From positions 101,724 to 165,723 of the IMG/VR virus record IMGVR_UViG_3300013383_000014: a stretch of DNA of 64,000 bases; one strand, given 5' to 3'. Shown in pieces: positions 49,136-59,587 of this stretch (within the stretch, counting starts at the first letter, position 1; each line of letters begins with the position of its first letter). The DNA is from a virus (lineage: Duplodnaviria > Caudoviricetes). The notes below the pieces were generated by a model. It was not told the origin of the DNA and made no database searches. It saw only the letters and a program-made list of their open reading frames with translations. The translations under genes were made by a program, and so were the position numbers.

Positions 49136-50160
49136 TATTCAAAAGTTATTTTAAAAGTTGATTTAAAATCAGAATCGTTAATTATTTGATTCACTGCTGT
49201 TTGAGTAGATTTAGTCCACTTTAGTACGAAATCTTGGAACATTTCTTCGCAACATTTAGCATCATCATCACTGTGCTTTTTCTGTTTTGTGTAATTTGAA
49301 ATACAACCAATTGAATAAAAATTAGTTTGCCTTATATCGGTGTTTTTGCGAAATTGTTTTGTAGCAGTTGATTGCCACTCAGGAAGCATTTTAATACGAT
49401 TATAATTAAGTCCCAATAACATATTAACAGAAGCCTGCATTGGTTCCATGTTATAATTGCTCAACAATCTAATGCCTAGACCAATACTGTCTTTATCAGA
49501 AGACTCAATAAGTGCCTTTATCTGGTGGAAAATATTATAATTGATTGCATCAAGACCTCCAGTAATAAGTTTGTCTAATTGTTGATCAGTTATAATATTG
49601 GTTGTTTTACCATTTAATACATCAATTAGCAGATCTGGAGTACTTGTGTGAAATACATTATAATTATAACTATTTATAATTTCAGAAGAAAATAGTGCAT
49701 CTTTATATTTCTTGATAAAATTATCAAGATTTGCATATTCTTTTCTGTATTTATTCCAATAATTTCCAGAAAAATAGGCATGACTTTGAAATAAGTAATA
49801 TTTATCCTCAGTTTCAATTATTTTGCTAAAAAATTGATTTTCTATAGCAAAATCCTTAATAACTATAAAATCAGCTTTTTCTTTTTTAATGCATCTTTTA
49901 TAGCTAGTTTCTGCCAATTTAAAACGTGGAAATTTTGATGACTTATCAAACAAAAACACAGCGCCATCTTTCGGTGACACTGTGTTTATTTTTTCATTAA
50001 TTTTTGCTGTTAATTCCGTGAGTGTAGCGTCTGATGCTATTAATTTATTGCAATTATATCTTCAAGTAATACTACGATGACTAGGATCATGAACAACTGC
50101 GTCAAAATCACAATAACTATAAAAAGTATAAACTGGTTTGTTTAATAAAAAAATATCCAT
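49135..50160 (-). CDS. Hypothetical protein, paralog A (341 aa)
   Basis: ATG 50160 overlaps the ATPase TAA; TGA 50062-50064 read through. Confidence 0.8.
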
Positions 50161-51386
50161 TACAATATTTTATTTCTAATTTTAGCATTTAACAAAAGTT
50201 TGTTAGTTCTTGCTTTATATTTGCCTACGAGTTGTTTAATAATATCAAACAAGAAATCCTCAGAAAAGAGCATTTTCTTATCTGGGTCATCATTTGTGTC
50301 AATAAGATCAATAAGACGCTGTTCTACAACATCTGTTTTTGCTCCTTTCTGCTCGAAATAATACATGGAGTAGTTAAGAAGTCTGGTGTGTAAAATACTA
50401 GCTACCAATGGTTTATAATTACCGTTGTCATCATATACACATTTCTCGATTTTAGGCGCAACTTTCTTCCAGTCTCCTGTTAAGAGTTCTTCTGGAGAAA
50501 TAAGTTTATCAAGTTTATTTGCAATAAAATTGGTGAAAAGAGTTCCAATTGTGTTGTCTTTATCATCTAGGAATGCACCAGATGCAATTTGCAAAATAAG
50601 AGCAAGACTTTTTGGGTCTTCCCAATTTTCAATTCCCGAAATAGTGTTTGCAAACATCGTGTAGTTTCTAGCATTAACTGGATGTCTATGTTGTGCGTTT
50701 TCTTTCATTATTTCGCTTGAGTAGGCAAGCATAAAATTTTGAGCTCGATCATCAAGTCTGGCGTTTTCTGCATATCTCGCCCAACTATTAACATCAAATT
50801 TTACATTAAAACGCATAAATCTTGTCGCGAAAGCCTCATCATAGCCGTTTGTATCATAATTTCCATCATCTGGATTTTCTGTTAAAATAATGGTAGAGTT
50901 TGGCGGTAATTTCCATGAAATATACTCCTGACGACAGATAATTTCCATAACTGCCTGCATAATAGCTTGGCTTGTACGGTTATAATCATCTAACAAAAGT
51001 ATCGTCGGTTTATTAAGATCCAATCCTTCAATCCACGCTGGCACAGCATAAGACATCCTGGTTTCTGGGGTAATTGTCCATCCGTTTGCCGTATAAGCGT
51101 CGATAAGTTTTGCACTGATCCAATCGCACTCATCACCACGGCAAACGTGATATTCCTGATATGGCCAGCCAACAATTTCTGACGGGTCTGTCAATTGACT
51201 GAGATTCAAACGTATATAATTAGAGTCAATTTCTTGTGCTATTTGTTCACAAACTTGACTTTTACCTATCCCGGCAGCTCCACATAACGAAATTGAAACA
51301 GGAGATTGTCCTTTTTCTTGGAGTGCTCTATTATTCTTAATTATATAACGCAAAACGTCTTTTGCTTCATCTAGTGTTAATTCCAT
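50160..51386 (-). CDS. MoxR-like AAA+ ATPase
   Basis: GAAGIGKS, LLLDDYNR, LTENP, D.AF.TRF, NARNY; adjacent to a VWA gene. Confidence 0.9.
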   Translation of the reverse strand: MELTLDEAKDVLRYIIKNNRALQEKGQSPVSISLCGAAGIGKSQVCEQIAQEIDSNYIRLNLSQLTDPSEIVGWPYQEYHVCRGDECDWISAKLIDAYTANGWTITPETRMSYAVPAWIEGLDLNKPTILLLDDYNRTSQAIMQAVMEIICRQEYISWKLPPNSTIILTENPDDGNYDTNGYDEAFATRFMRFNVKFDVNSWARYAENARLDDRAQNFMLAYSSEIMKENAQHRHPVNARNYTMFANTISGIENWEDPKSLALILQIASGAFLDDKDNTIGTLFTNFIANKLDKLISPEELLTGDWKKVAPKIEKCVYDDNGNYKPLVASILHTRLLNYSMYYFEQKGAKTDVVEQRLIDLIDTNDDPDKKMLFSEDFLFDIIKQLVGKYKARTNKLLLNAKIRNKIL

Positions 51387-51387
51387 C

Positions 51388-52560
51388 TTATTTATTTTCT
51401 TTTGGTATTTCTATTACAACGCCTGGGTATTCTTGATCTGCGTGATTGGACGTTAAAACCCAGACAACATTACGTCCGTTTAAGTTATTAATATCAACAA
51501 AACCATCAGTGAACATTACGAGTGTAGAGAAATCTTTTTTATGCTCATCTTTGTACGCCCACAACTCCTCGAATGAAGTTCCTCCACGACCATTTATTTC
51601 ACCGTCAAAATGACCTTTATATTCGTATATTCTATTGATCCGTGTATCAATTTCGGCTATTGTTACTTTTACTCCACTTTTCCACAAGTGGTTTATTTCG
51701 GAAAAGAAATCTAGCAATTCATTGTTAGACACACTGCCTGATGTATCTACTCCAACTAGTACACTAGGCTTTCTTTTCATTTTAATGCCCTTAGCATCAG
51801 GAAATCTCCTACTAGGGCGCATTTTAGTTAAAAGTATTTCAGATGTTATCATATTACCGATAACTCTTCTGAAATATGCTTTCCAATTAAAAATCTGCGG
51901 CTTTACTACAAAAAGACTATCTATATATTCTTTAAACTGTCCCGGTATGTTTCCACACTGTTTCATCACTTGCTCTGCTGTGTTCTTTGCAAGTGTATCA
52001 ATTTGGTTTTTAACTAGTTGTTTTTCTGCCTCTGAAAGATCGTCTGCTTTTTTCCAAGTAGAATGATCGTCGATTGTTTTTTGCTTTCCTTTTCCTTTTT
52101 TACTTTTATTTCCTCTAGACCCATTGCCAATACCACTTTTGTCATTCTCTCCATCATCTTCTGGTTCTGGGAGATTTTCATAATAAAATTTGGAACCCAT
52201 ATTATTTTGGAAACCAAACCTAGCAGGCCATACATAAGGGTCTTTTTGTAGTACTGGGATATTTCCGTTCACTTCGCAATCACAACTCAAGTTAAACCTT
52301 TGTTTATCTGTGAAGTCCTTTCCCATAAGTAGGTGATTATAAAGCAGATGGGAAATTTCGTGCATTAGTACTCCAGTTTGTTCTTCATCGGAAAGTCCAT
52401 TCCAAAATTCCTCGTTAATCACCAATTCACAATTTATGCCATTTATTCCAACGGCTGCCGTAGGTACTTCATCGGTGAAATATCTATTCAACCCAAGCAA
52501 AAACAACCCATAAAAAGGTTCCTTAACGATGAGGGATTTTACACATTTGTCAAGTGTCAT
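51388..52560 (-). CDS. Metallopeptidase-VWA protein (DUF2201-like)
   Basis: HEISH; MIDAS DTSGS; GRGGT; FTDG. Confidence 0.9.
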   Translation of the reverse strand: MTLDKCVKSLIVKEPFYGLFLLGLNRYFTDEVPTAAVGINGINCELVINEEFWNGLSDEEQTGVLMHEISHLLYNHLLMGKDFTDKQRFNLSCDCEVNGNIPVLQKDPYVWPARFGFQNNMGSKFYYENLPEPEDDGENDKSGIGNGSRGNKSKKGKGKQKTIDDHSTWKKADDLSEAEKQLVKNQIDTLAKNTAEQVMKQCGNIPGQFKEYIDSLFVVKPQIFNWKAYFRRVIGNMITSEILLTKMRPSRRFPDAKGIKMKRKPSVLVGVDTSGSVSNNELLDFFSEINHLWKSGVKVTIAEIDTRINRIYEYKGHFDGEINGRGGTSFEELWAYKDEHKKDFSTLVMFTDGFVDINNLNGRNVVWVLTSNHADQEYPGVVIEIPKENK

Positions 52561-52565
52561 TTTTA

Positions 52566-52766
52566 TTAATCTTTCTTCTCAGACTCTACTATTTGTGCTT
52601 CTTCTGTAAAATCTGGTACTATATTCATATATTTAAAAAAGTGATTGGCAACCGCATTAACACCGCCATTTGCAGCAAAATATGCCTGTAACAAAACGTC
52701 CCGGGTTGCATTCTCCGGGACGTTCAACTCGTTATCAAAACGACTATATGTAACTATATATTTCAT
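52566..52766 (-). CDS. Hypothetical protein
   Basis: Intact ORF coupled to thyX by TAATG. Confidence 0.65.
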   Translation of the reverse strand: MKYIVTYSRFDNELNVPENATRDVLLQAYFAANGGVNAVANHFFKYMNIVPDFTEEAQIVESEKKD

Positions 52767-53953
52767 TATATCAGTTCTTTTGCTTCAAACTGGTTCTTTA
52801 AGTCAATTGCCAATTTTTGTATATCTGGGTGCGCTCCCTTCGCTGTTCTAAGTTCAAAAAAGTGCATCCAATCAGAAATAAAACCGGTATATATAACTTT
52901 TGTTTGTAGATCAAGTGGCAATATACCACGTGCTTCCTGTGGCTTCATTTTATGCCCCTCCTCTGTAGTAGTGAGGTACATATAATCCTTTTCTATATTT
53001 GCAAGGCAATCCCAATAAGCAGCAACACTACGATCTTTGCAAGTTAAATAACGTATAAGACTATTTCCTTTTGCGTTTGCAAGATCTTCATCTCTAAGCC
53101 CATCGGGTCCAGCATATTCTGCTAGTTCATCACGTAATTTATATGCCCACTCAGGTACAATAAAAGTCAGTTCGTTTCCAAACTTGTCTTTCGAGAAATT
53201 GCAGTAGCGGGAGCTCATTTCTACTATGCCTAGAGTTCTTGAACGATTCCACTCCCTGGAAATCCCTATGCTACAATTAGTTACAACAGTAGCTCGTTTT
53301 TCATGGAAATCACTAGGCTCATCCAGATAACAGAGATCTTCAAGCCAGTTATTTTCAATCAAAACTCGCATATTTGTAGTTATGCAATAAAAAGTAGTTG
53401 GACCCTGTTTCTTAACAATTTCTCTCCAATATAGTGGTGCATAGTTATATACACCAAAAGTCTTTATAGATACTCTAGAGTAAGGATTTTCGAGATATTT
53501 CTCTGCAATTGTTTGCCTTTTATCGTACTTTCCAAAAGGAATAGCAATTGTAAGATAAACACAACCAAACTCAGTTGGAGTAAGATGTCCTGCATTTTTA
53601 AGTTTTTCCACAAACTTTTCTGCCGTAACATTCTCGTAATAAGGGCAGGTTTCAAGGGTTTCCTCCTCTGCACAACTAGTAAGTTCTGGATAAAAAACAA
53701 CTAGTGCATTTGGGATCGACACATAATAACAATGGTCGAAAAAGGCACCTTGTTTTATAACTACTTGTGGATCGTCTTTTAGTTTGTTAATCAACTCCTG
53801 CGTATTCGCGTTTTTAAGGTCATCTGGAACGCAAAAATATCTTGTCCCAGTACTCTGATAACTATAGCGTCCGGCCCTCTCTATGTCCTCGTAAATGCCC
53901 TTTAACGAGGTATGTGTTTCGACTAGGGAAACACTACTATCCACAAACTTCAT
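52766..53953 (-). CDS. thyX: FAD-dependent thymidylate synthase (divergent)
   Basis: RSR-x7-SRYC, PQEARGILP, W.HFF.LR, AHPD; likely start MKFVDS. Confidence 0.85.
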   Translation of the reverse strand: MKFVDSSVSLVETHTSLKGIYEDIERAGRYSYQSTGTRYFCVPDDLKNANTQELINKLKDDPQVVIKQGAFFDHCYYVSIPNALVVFYPELTSCAEEETLETCPYYENVTAEKFVEKLKNAGHLTPTEFGCVYLTIAIPFGKYDKRQTIAEKYLENPYSRVSIKTFGVYNYAPLYWREIVKKQGPTTFYCITTNMRVLIENNWLEDLCYLDEPSDFHEKRATVVTNCSIGISREWNRSRTLGIVEMSSRYCNFSKDKFGNELTFIVPEWAYKLRDELAEYAGPDGLRDEDLANAKGNSLIRYLTCKDRSVAAYWDCLANIEKDYMYLTTTEEGHKMKPQEARGILPLDLQTKVIYTGFISDWMHFFELRTAKGAHPDIQKLAIDLKNQFEAKELI

Positions 53954-54101
53954 CGTTAAAAATAAGTGAGTGTGAGTATCCATCTTCGCGTGGGTACATT
54001 GCGTCGAGCGTATTCATCGCCTTGAACTTATCTTCGGCCTCTATTGTTAAAATATGCTCTATTCCAGTTCTTTTAACTCGAAATTGAAATTTACTTTTCA
54101 T
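53937..54101 (-). CDS. Hypothetical protein (54 aa, below track cutoff)
   Basis: [20 protein letters not shown] fills the gap between thioredoxin and thyX. Confidence 0.55.
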   Translation of the reverse strand: MKSKFQFRVKRTGIEHILTIEAEDKFKAMNTLDAMYPREDGYSHSLIFNDEVCG

Positions 54102-54351
54102 TGAGTTCTTTTATCTTGTTATAAAATGTTTCTAGAGAAATATTTCCAACGGTTCTACCGAGTTCTTCGTCTTTCTCGTTAAGAAAGAGTAGTACCGGTA
54201 TATTGCGTATTTTATATTTCTCGCAGATTTCTTCATTTTCATCTACGTCCAATTCTTCGATTGGAACGTCTGTTACTTGCTTAAGCATCTCAGAAAGTGC
54301 TCTACAAGGTGCGCACCACTCTGCACCTAGCTTCAGAACTTTATTTACCAT
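54091..54351 (-). CDS. trxA: Thioredoxin
   Basis: WCAPC, DVDEN, IRNIP. Confidence 0.92.
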   Translation of the reverse strand: MVNKVLKLGAEWCAPCRALSEMLKQVTDVPIEELDVDENEEICEKYKIRNIPVLLFLNEKDEELGRTVGNISLETFYNKIKELNEK

Positions 54352-55574
54352 GCGTATAATTTATATTGATTTGCAAAATAGTTAACTTCGTTTTTTATAT
54401 TTTGAGGGTTTTCTCCAGAAAGAGCCCTATTTATAAAACGAGCAATTAACTCCATATCTTTCATTCCCCGAGTAGTTATTGCAGGAGTACCCAATCTGAG
54501 ACCAGATGTCTTAAAAGGTGATCTAGTGTCTCCTGGAATCATATTTTTATTAACTGTTATATCACATTGTCCAAGTATTGTTTCAGCGTCTTTCCCAGTC
54601 ATATCAGGATATTTTGTGCGCAGATCAATCAGAAAACTGTGATTGTCGGTCCCTCCTGTAATTATGTGAAAACCAAAATCTTGCAGTGATTGCGCTAGAT
54701 TTTTTGCATTTTTAACTACTTGTTTTTGGTATTCAACAAACTCTGGAGAAAGTGCTTCTCCGAAACAAACGGCTTTTGCGGCAATTGTGTTTTCGAGCGG
54801 ACCACCTTGATTCCCAGGAAAAACAGACGAGTTAATTCGTTTGCTCATAAGTTTTCCTTCATATTCGAAATCTTCTCGCATCAAAATAATTCCACCACGA
54901 GGGCCTCGTAGAGTCTTGTGTGTTGTGGAGGTAACTATATCAGCATATTTGCACGGATTTATCAAAAGGCCAGCAGCAATTAAGCCAGCAGTATGTGCCA
55001 TATCAAACATCAATATTGCTTCAGATTGTTTTTTGGCTTCCAAAAGCGCTTCGTAACCCCACTCTCGTGAGTAAGCAGATGCACCAGCAATAATCATTTT
55101 TGGCTTTATTTTGCGTGCTTTATCAATAAGTTCATCATAATCGACAATCCCATCTTTCGTAGAACCGTAGGTTTCAACGTTATAATACTTTCCTATGTAA
55201 CTAACTGGAGATGAATGCGTTAGATGCCCACCACAATTAAGATCTAGTGCAAGTACAGTATCTCCAGGATTTAGTACAGCTTCAGTAACTGCTCTATTTG
55301 CTTGGCTACCAGAGTGTGGTTGCACATTTGCGTAAGAACAATTAAAAAGTTTGCATGCTCTATCTATTGCTAATTGCTCGATTTGGTCTATAACTCCGCA
55401 ACCGCCATAATATCTATGCCCAGGATATCCCTCAGCATATTTATTTGTGCAGACAGATCCTAGTGCTTCATATATATCATCTGAAACATAATTTTCAGAG
55501 GCAATTAATTCTATGCCATTTAATTGCCTCCGAGTTTCGTCTTCTATAAGATTTTCTATTAATTTATCCTTCAT
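54345..55574 (-). CDS. glyA: Serine hydroxymethyltransferase
   Basis: [56 protein letters not shown]. Confidence 0.98.
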   Translation of the reverse strand: MKDKLIENLIEDETRRQLNGIELIASENYVSDDIYEALGSVCTNKYAEGYPGHRYYGGCGVIDQIEQLAIDRACKLFNCSYANVQPHSGSQANRAVTEAVLNPGDTVLALDLNCGGHLTHSSPVSYIGKYYNVETYGSTKDGIVDYDELIDKARKIKPKMIIAGASAYSREWGYEALLEAKKQSEAILMFDMAHTAGLIAAGLLINPCKYADIVTSTTHKTLRGPRGGIILMREDFEYEGKLMSKRINSSVFPGNQGGPLENTIAAKAVCFGEALSPEFVEYQKQVVKNAKNLAQSLQDFGFHIITGGTDNHSFLIDLRTKYPDMTGKDAETILGQCDITVNKNMIPGDTRSPFKTSGLRLGTPAITTRGMKDMELIARFINRALSGENPQNIKNEVNYFANQYKLYAW

Positions 55575-56166
55575 TTTTAGCTATTTTATTTAGCTTGTAC
55601 TTGTATAAAATCTCATCAGTACGTTTCTTTAAAAGATTGTACTCTGGATTGAAATAATCATAAAAAACCTTTTTAATGTCATCATAATTGGCTCTACTAA
55701 GCGCATTGTGTGCATTGCCAAGCACGTTATAATTGACGATTTTATGGTTTTCTATAATTTGGTTTGCGAAAATGCAATATTTAATTGCTTTTAAGGATTG
55801 CTGTTTTTCAGACGGAAATTCTGTTTCACCAATTTTATTTAACTGTATATCAACACATTGCCTCAATTGCAAAAGATCGGTCTTCATAAGGAGTTTTACG
55901 TGCTCTTTAATAACGTACTTTTTATTCAAGCAAGCACATTCCCAAGCGAGTATATCACCATTCATAACTCTCAAAAACCAATCGTTTATGTTAATCGCGC
56001 TATAATTAAAATCAGCATTTAAGAGTTCTTCTGGTCTTTTAAAATCCTCAGTAACAATAAAAAGATAATAATCTTTATCGGGCTCTATTCCATATAAACT
56101 ACGAGGGAGTCAATAGATATATAAAATATCTTTATTCTCCTTTAATTTGTTAATTACACTATTCAT
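55564..56166 (-). CDS. Hypothetical protein (200 aa), possibly a degenerate nucleotidyltransferase fold
   Basis: ATG 56166; TGA 56110-56112 read through; IY...RSLYG....D....IV weakly resembles the polbeta-type N-terminus. Confidence 0.55.
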
Positions 56167-56452
56167 CCTTGTGTATATTCATATCTCCATAATAAAAACA
56201 ACCGCTTATAACATAGCCAGTATATTTATTATCTTTCCATATATAACTCCAAAAATCAAGCTCCCATCCATTTATTTCAAGAGCACCACAATTTGCATCT
56301 TCTTTTGATTCGGAAATTGTATAACCCAGTTCTTCAAGCGCTTCTCGTAGAGTAGCAAACGCAACATAATTAAGATTGCACTCTACAAGGCCATTTTCTT
56401 TAAAATATTCTACAATTTCTTCTCTTGTAGGGGAGCCTTTTATTTCTTCCAT
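56159..56452 (-). CDS. Hypothetical protein
   Basis: Intact ORF, coupled on both sides. Confidence 0.7.
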   Translation of the reverse strand: MEEIKGSPTREEIVEYFKENGLVECNLNYVAFATLREALEELGYTISESKEDANCGALEINGWELDFWSYIWKDNKYTGYVISGCFYYGDMNIHKDE

Positions 56453-57492
56453 TAGTTTTCGTCCTTTTTATAAAATTTACTTGTTTTATCGTGAGGGTTT
56501 CCAATATATTTTGGAATAGTATTTTTTCTACTAAACATATATTCGTGTGCTATATGTTGTCCATCATCCAATAAACACATGGATGAGATTCTGCCATACG
56601 ACACACCAGTATATAAGCTGGCTTCCTTTAGAGTATTAAAATGTCATATTAATTCTCCATTTGCATTAAAAACATTTACTCCTTTTTGTCGAAGAGGGCA
56701 ATTTGATTTTTTATAGTTTATACAAAAGTTGTGTTTTTCTGAACTTCATTTTCTATTTAATTTATAAATTGGAAGATTATAAAAGTGTTCAAAAATTCGT
56801 CGGGCATTTTTGCAGCTTATTGTATATGTGCAGGTGTTTCTCTTAAATTTTTTATCATGATGTAATTTAGATGTACTATTTCCTAGAATTTCTTCAAACC
56901 GATTTTTAACAAATGTTAAAACTTCTGGCGTCCCGACAAGACTTATATATAATATTTTTTGTCTACCTTTTGGTGTTGAAAAATGAATACTACCATCTCC
57001 ATCAATCAGTCCTATAATATACGCATCGATAAAAGTTTCGTCTACCAGATTCGGTGATTTTAATGTATAAGATTTAGCGTTTGTTATATTAAAATGACTG
57101 TATAAATCTGAGACTATCTGTTTTGATTTTACATCTAAATAAATTGAATTTTTGGAGCTAGGACGAAGTGTGTAATTGGTTTCTAAGCTATTTAAAAATT
57201 TTTGTAAATGCGTTGTATCTTTTCTAGATAATCCAATTATTAATCTAGACTGATCTTTCGAGATGTATCCGTCTGCTGCTATAAATCCTGCTCAATAACA
57301 ATTTTCAAGCGTTAACTCTGTAAAATAATTATCCTTTATATAATAATTTGGTTTATGGACAGGTATATTATATTTCCTCTTATATCGACTTAATCTTGTG
57401 TGTGTTCCGAATAAAATCTTTTGCGCTTCTTTTTCTGTTACATTGTTTGTTTTTGCATAAACAATGATTTGTTCTACCATTTCTTTTGTCAT
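56452..57492 (-). CDS. Double-motif LAGLIDADG homing endonuclease with C-terminal NUMOD1-like domain (346 aa, 3 TGA)
   Basis: Y-W-AGFIAADG and YIIGLIDGDGS; TGA at 57292, 56746 and 56644; TAA 56452-56454. Confidence 0.92.
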
Positions 57493-57517
57493 ATTAAATA
57501 TACTTTGAATTGAAATT

Positions 57518-57549
57518 CAAATATAGCAATATTTTAAATAAAACGCAAA
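57518..57549 (-). promoter_or_regulatory. Bacteroidetes promoter for the LAGLIDADG gene
   Basis: Reverse complement TTTG-N20-TATATTTG. Confidence 0.75.
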
Positions 57550-58911
57550 TTAATTTATGTCTTCTATATTAACAATTCCCTTATCTAAACATGCACTTGT
57601 ACCTTGAATGAACGAAAAGGTTTTTAACTTCCAGGCTCTTGCAATCATATCTTCTTTCTTTATAACAACTCCCTCCTGTGGTACTGGGTTGTTACAATCA
57701 GGTGAATTTGCTTCCATATAGAAAGATTTATCATTGGCCATTTTATCCCAGAACATATCATTCCAAGTTTCATAGTCACCTTTATCCCAGCCGTATAGAT
57801 TGCCGGCAAGACCATAATAAAATTCAGTTACCGGTGTTAATCCATTGTTATGACACCATTGTTGTACCTCTCTAGCAGAAAATTCGTGAGCTATTCCATC
57901 AACATTTGTTATGGTTATTCGATAAACTCGTACTTTAAAATGCTTTTCATGAGTATATTCCTCGCCCCCTTTAGGTGGCACGCATCCATAATCATAACCA
58001 TTCTGTATAAAACCACCGTTTGGTAGGAAACCTACGATTTCTGCATATATGTGCATGCCTTTAATAAGATGTGGTCGTAAGATTTTATCAGCCTCTGCCC
58101 AAACATCACAATCATAATAACCGCTATTTAGATGTGCGTTATAATTGGCATTTTTAATAACCTTTCTAGAGTGATATATATAATCGTAAAATACTGGTTC
58201 ATTGTGAGTTAGGCGATCATATATTCTCTGGAAGAAATTACGCTCTTTCTTACAGAGAAGATATGCAGATCCAATACTTGTGCCGTGAATTTTGGAAGTA
58301 ATTGATATTAAATCAGTTGGCTGTATAAACCATGGTTCCTTCTTTACCGTAATTGTCTCGTAATGGAACTTAAACTGTGTATCGAGTATTTTATTGTATT
58401 TCTTAACTTTCTTACGTAGATGATAATTGTTTCGTTCTGAAAATTTTCTTTCAACTACATATTTCTTACAGATCCAAAAAGACTTTTTATCCTTTTCAAC
58501 AGTATCGAACTCAATATTATCAAGTGGTTCAATTGTTTCGTTTATATTATCCTGCAAGAAAGCAGCAAATGCATCAAACGGCAAAAGAAATCCATCAGAA
58601 ACTACTCCACGTAATTTTATTGCTTTTACACGTCCATTATCCTCAAAAAAGCCAGAAATTGTTGGATTGGAATTTTTATCACTATGCCTATATAAGTTAC
58701 AGTAACCCAATAAGTTAGGGTTAATCTTACAATTAGTAGGAAAATATATATAATATCCATCTGCCTCATTCAATCCTACACAAATTTCATATCCGCCAAC
58801 TCTAGCAATTTTCATTTTATCTGCGTTGGGGTGTGGATGCCACTGTGTAATATTAACTATTTTGGCAAGATAATTAATATCACCATTTTTGTCTTTTGTT
58901 AACGCTAGCAT
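57550..58911 (-). CDS. RNA ligase, DRB0094/Rnl5-like
   Basis: N-terminal HPNADK OB-type domain; SKIHGTS, YAEIVG, EGVVIK, KLK. Confidence 0.85.
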   Translation of the reverse strand: MLALTKDKNGDINYLAKIVNITQWHPHPNADKMKIARVGGYEICVGLNEADGYYIYFPTNCKINPNLLGYCNLYRHSDKNSNPTISGFFEDNGRVKAIKLRGVVSDGFLLPFDAFAAFLQDNINETIEPLDNIEFDTVEKDKKSFWICKKYVVERKFSERNNYHLRKKVKKYNKILDTQFKFHYETITVKKEPWFIQPTDLISITSKIHGTSIGSAYLLCKKERNFFQRIYDRLTHNEPVFYDYIYHSRKVIKNANYNAHLNSGYYDCDVWAEADKILRPHLIKGMHIYAEIVGFLPNGGFIQNGYDYGCVPPKGGEEYTHEKHFKVRVYRITITNVDGIAHEFSAREVQQWCHNNGLTPVTEFYYGLAGNLYGWDKGDYETWNDMFWDKMANDKSFYMEANSPDCNNPVPQEGVVIKKEDMIARAWKLKTFSFIQGTSACLDKGIVNIEDIN

Positions 58912-59147
58912 ATGTTATAAATATATTTTTTATCACCTTCACCATCAAATATAAAGCGTTCTATATCAGCCGCTTTTACGTACCCAAATTCATCAGAAAA
59001 TATACAGTTCAGCATATAAAAATATTTTGCATATATTTCCTCTAAAATTGGATCACTTTCTATTTTGCTAGTAAGGCCATTAATATCAAACGAGTCCTGG
59101 ATCTGTACTGCCAAATCCAGGACTTTTCTATATGTTTTTTGTGTCAT
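58905..59147 (-). CDS. Hypothetical protein
   Basis: Intact coupled ORF. Confidence 0.65.
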   Translation of the reverse strand: MTQKTYRKVLDLAVQIQDSFDINGLTSKIESDPILEEIYAKYFYMLNCIFSDEFGYVKAADIERFIFDGEGDKKYIYNIC

Positions 59148-59587
59148 TAATTCAAACCAAAACTCCTCAAAATATCATCATCGTCATTGTCAACATTATA
59201 AAGCCTGCGGATTTCATCACAGAACTTGTGTAAATCGTGCATCATTTCTACGATTTCTCTACTTTCGTACTTATTTTCCCACTGGATAAGTGGCGCAACA
59301 AGATCTCCAGCTTTTAATGTAACATCATCATAATGTTCTGGTAACAACGAGATAAAACAATCAATCATTCCCCAAGTAGTGGAACGAATTTCAGTACAAA
59401 CATCTCCAATAAAAACAACATCATCTCCTTTTGGAAAAAGGTTTTCTATAAATTGAGAGTTGTGTTTGTAAATTGGTGGTCTATCAAAATTGATTCTCCT
59501 TCTATAATCACCGTCTTCCTGGTCGAATATGCCTTTTATTTTCGCTATTCTAGGAGCTTTTGTTAAATCATTGTAATCTAGTTCCAT
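59147..59587 (-). CDS. Hypothetical protein
   Basis: ATG 59587 overlaps the ligase TAA. Confidence 0.7.
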   Translation of the reverse strand: MELDYNDLTKAPRIAKIKGIFDQEDGDYRRRINFDRPPIYKHNSQFIENLFPKGDDVVFIGDVCTEIRSTTWGMIDCFISLLPEHYDDVTLKAGDLVAPLIQWENKYESREIVEMMHDLHKFCDEIRRLYNVDNDDDDILRSFGLN

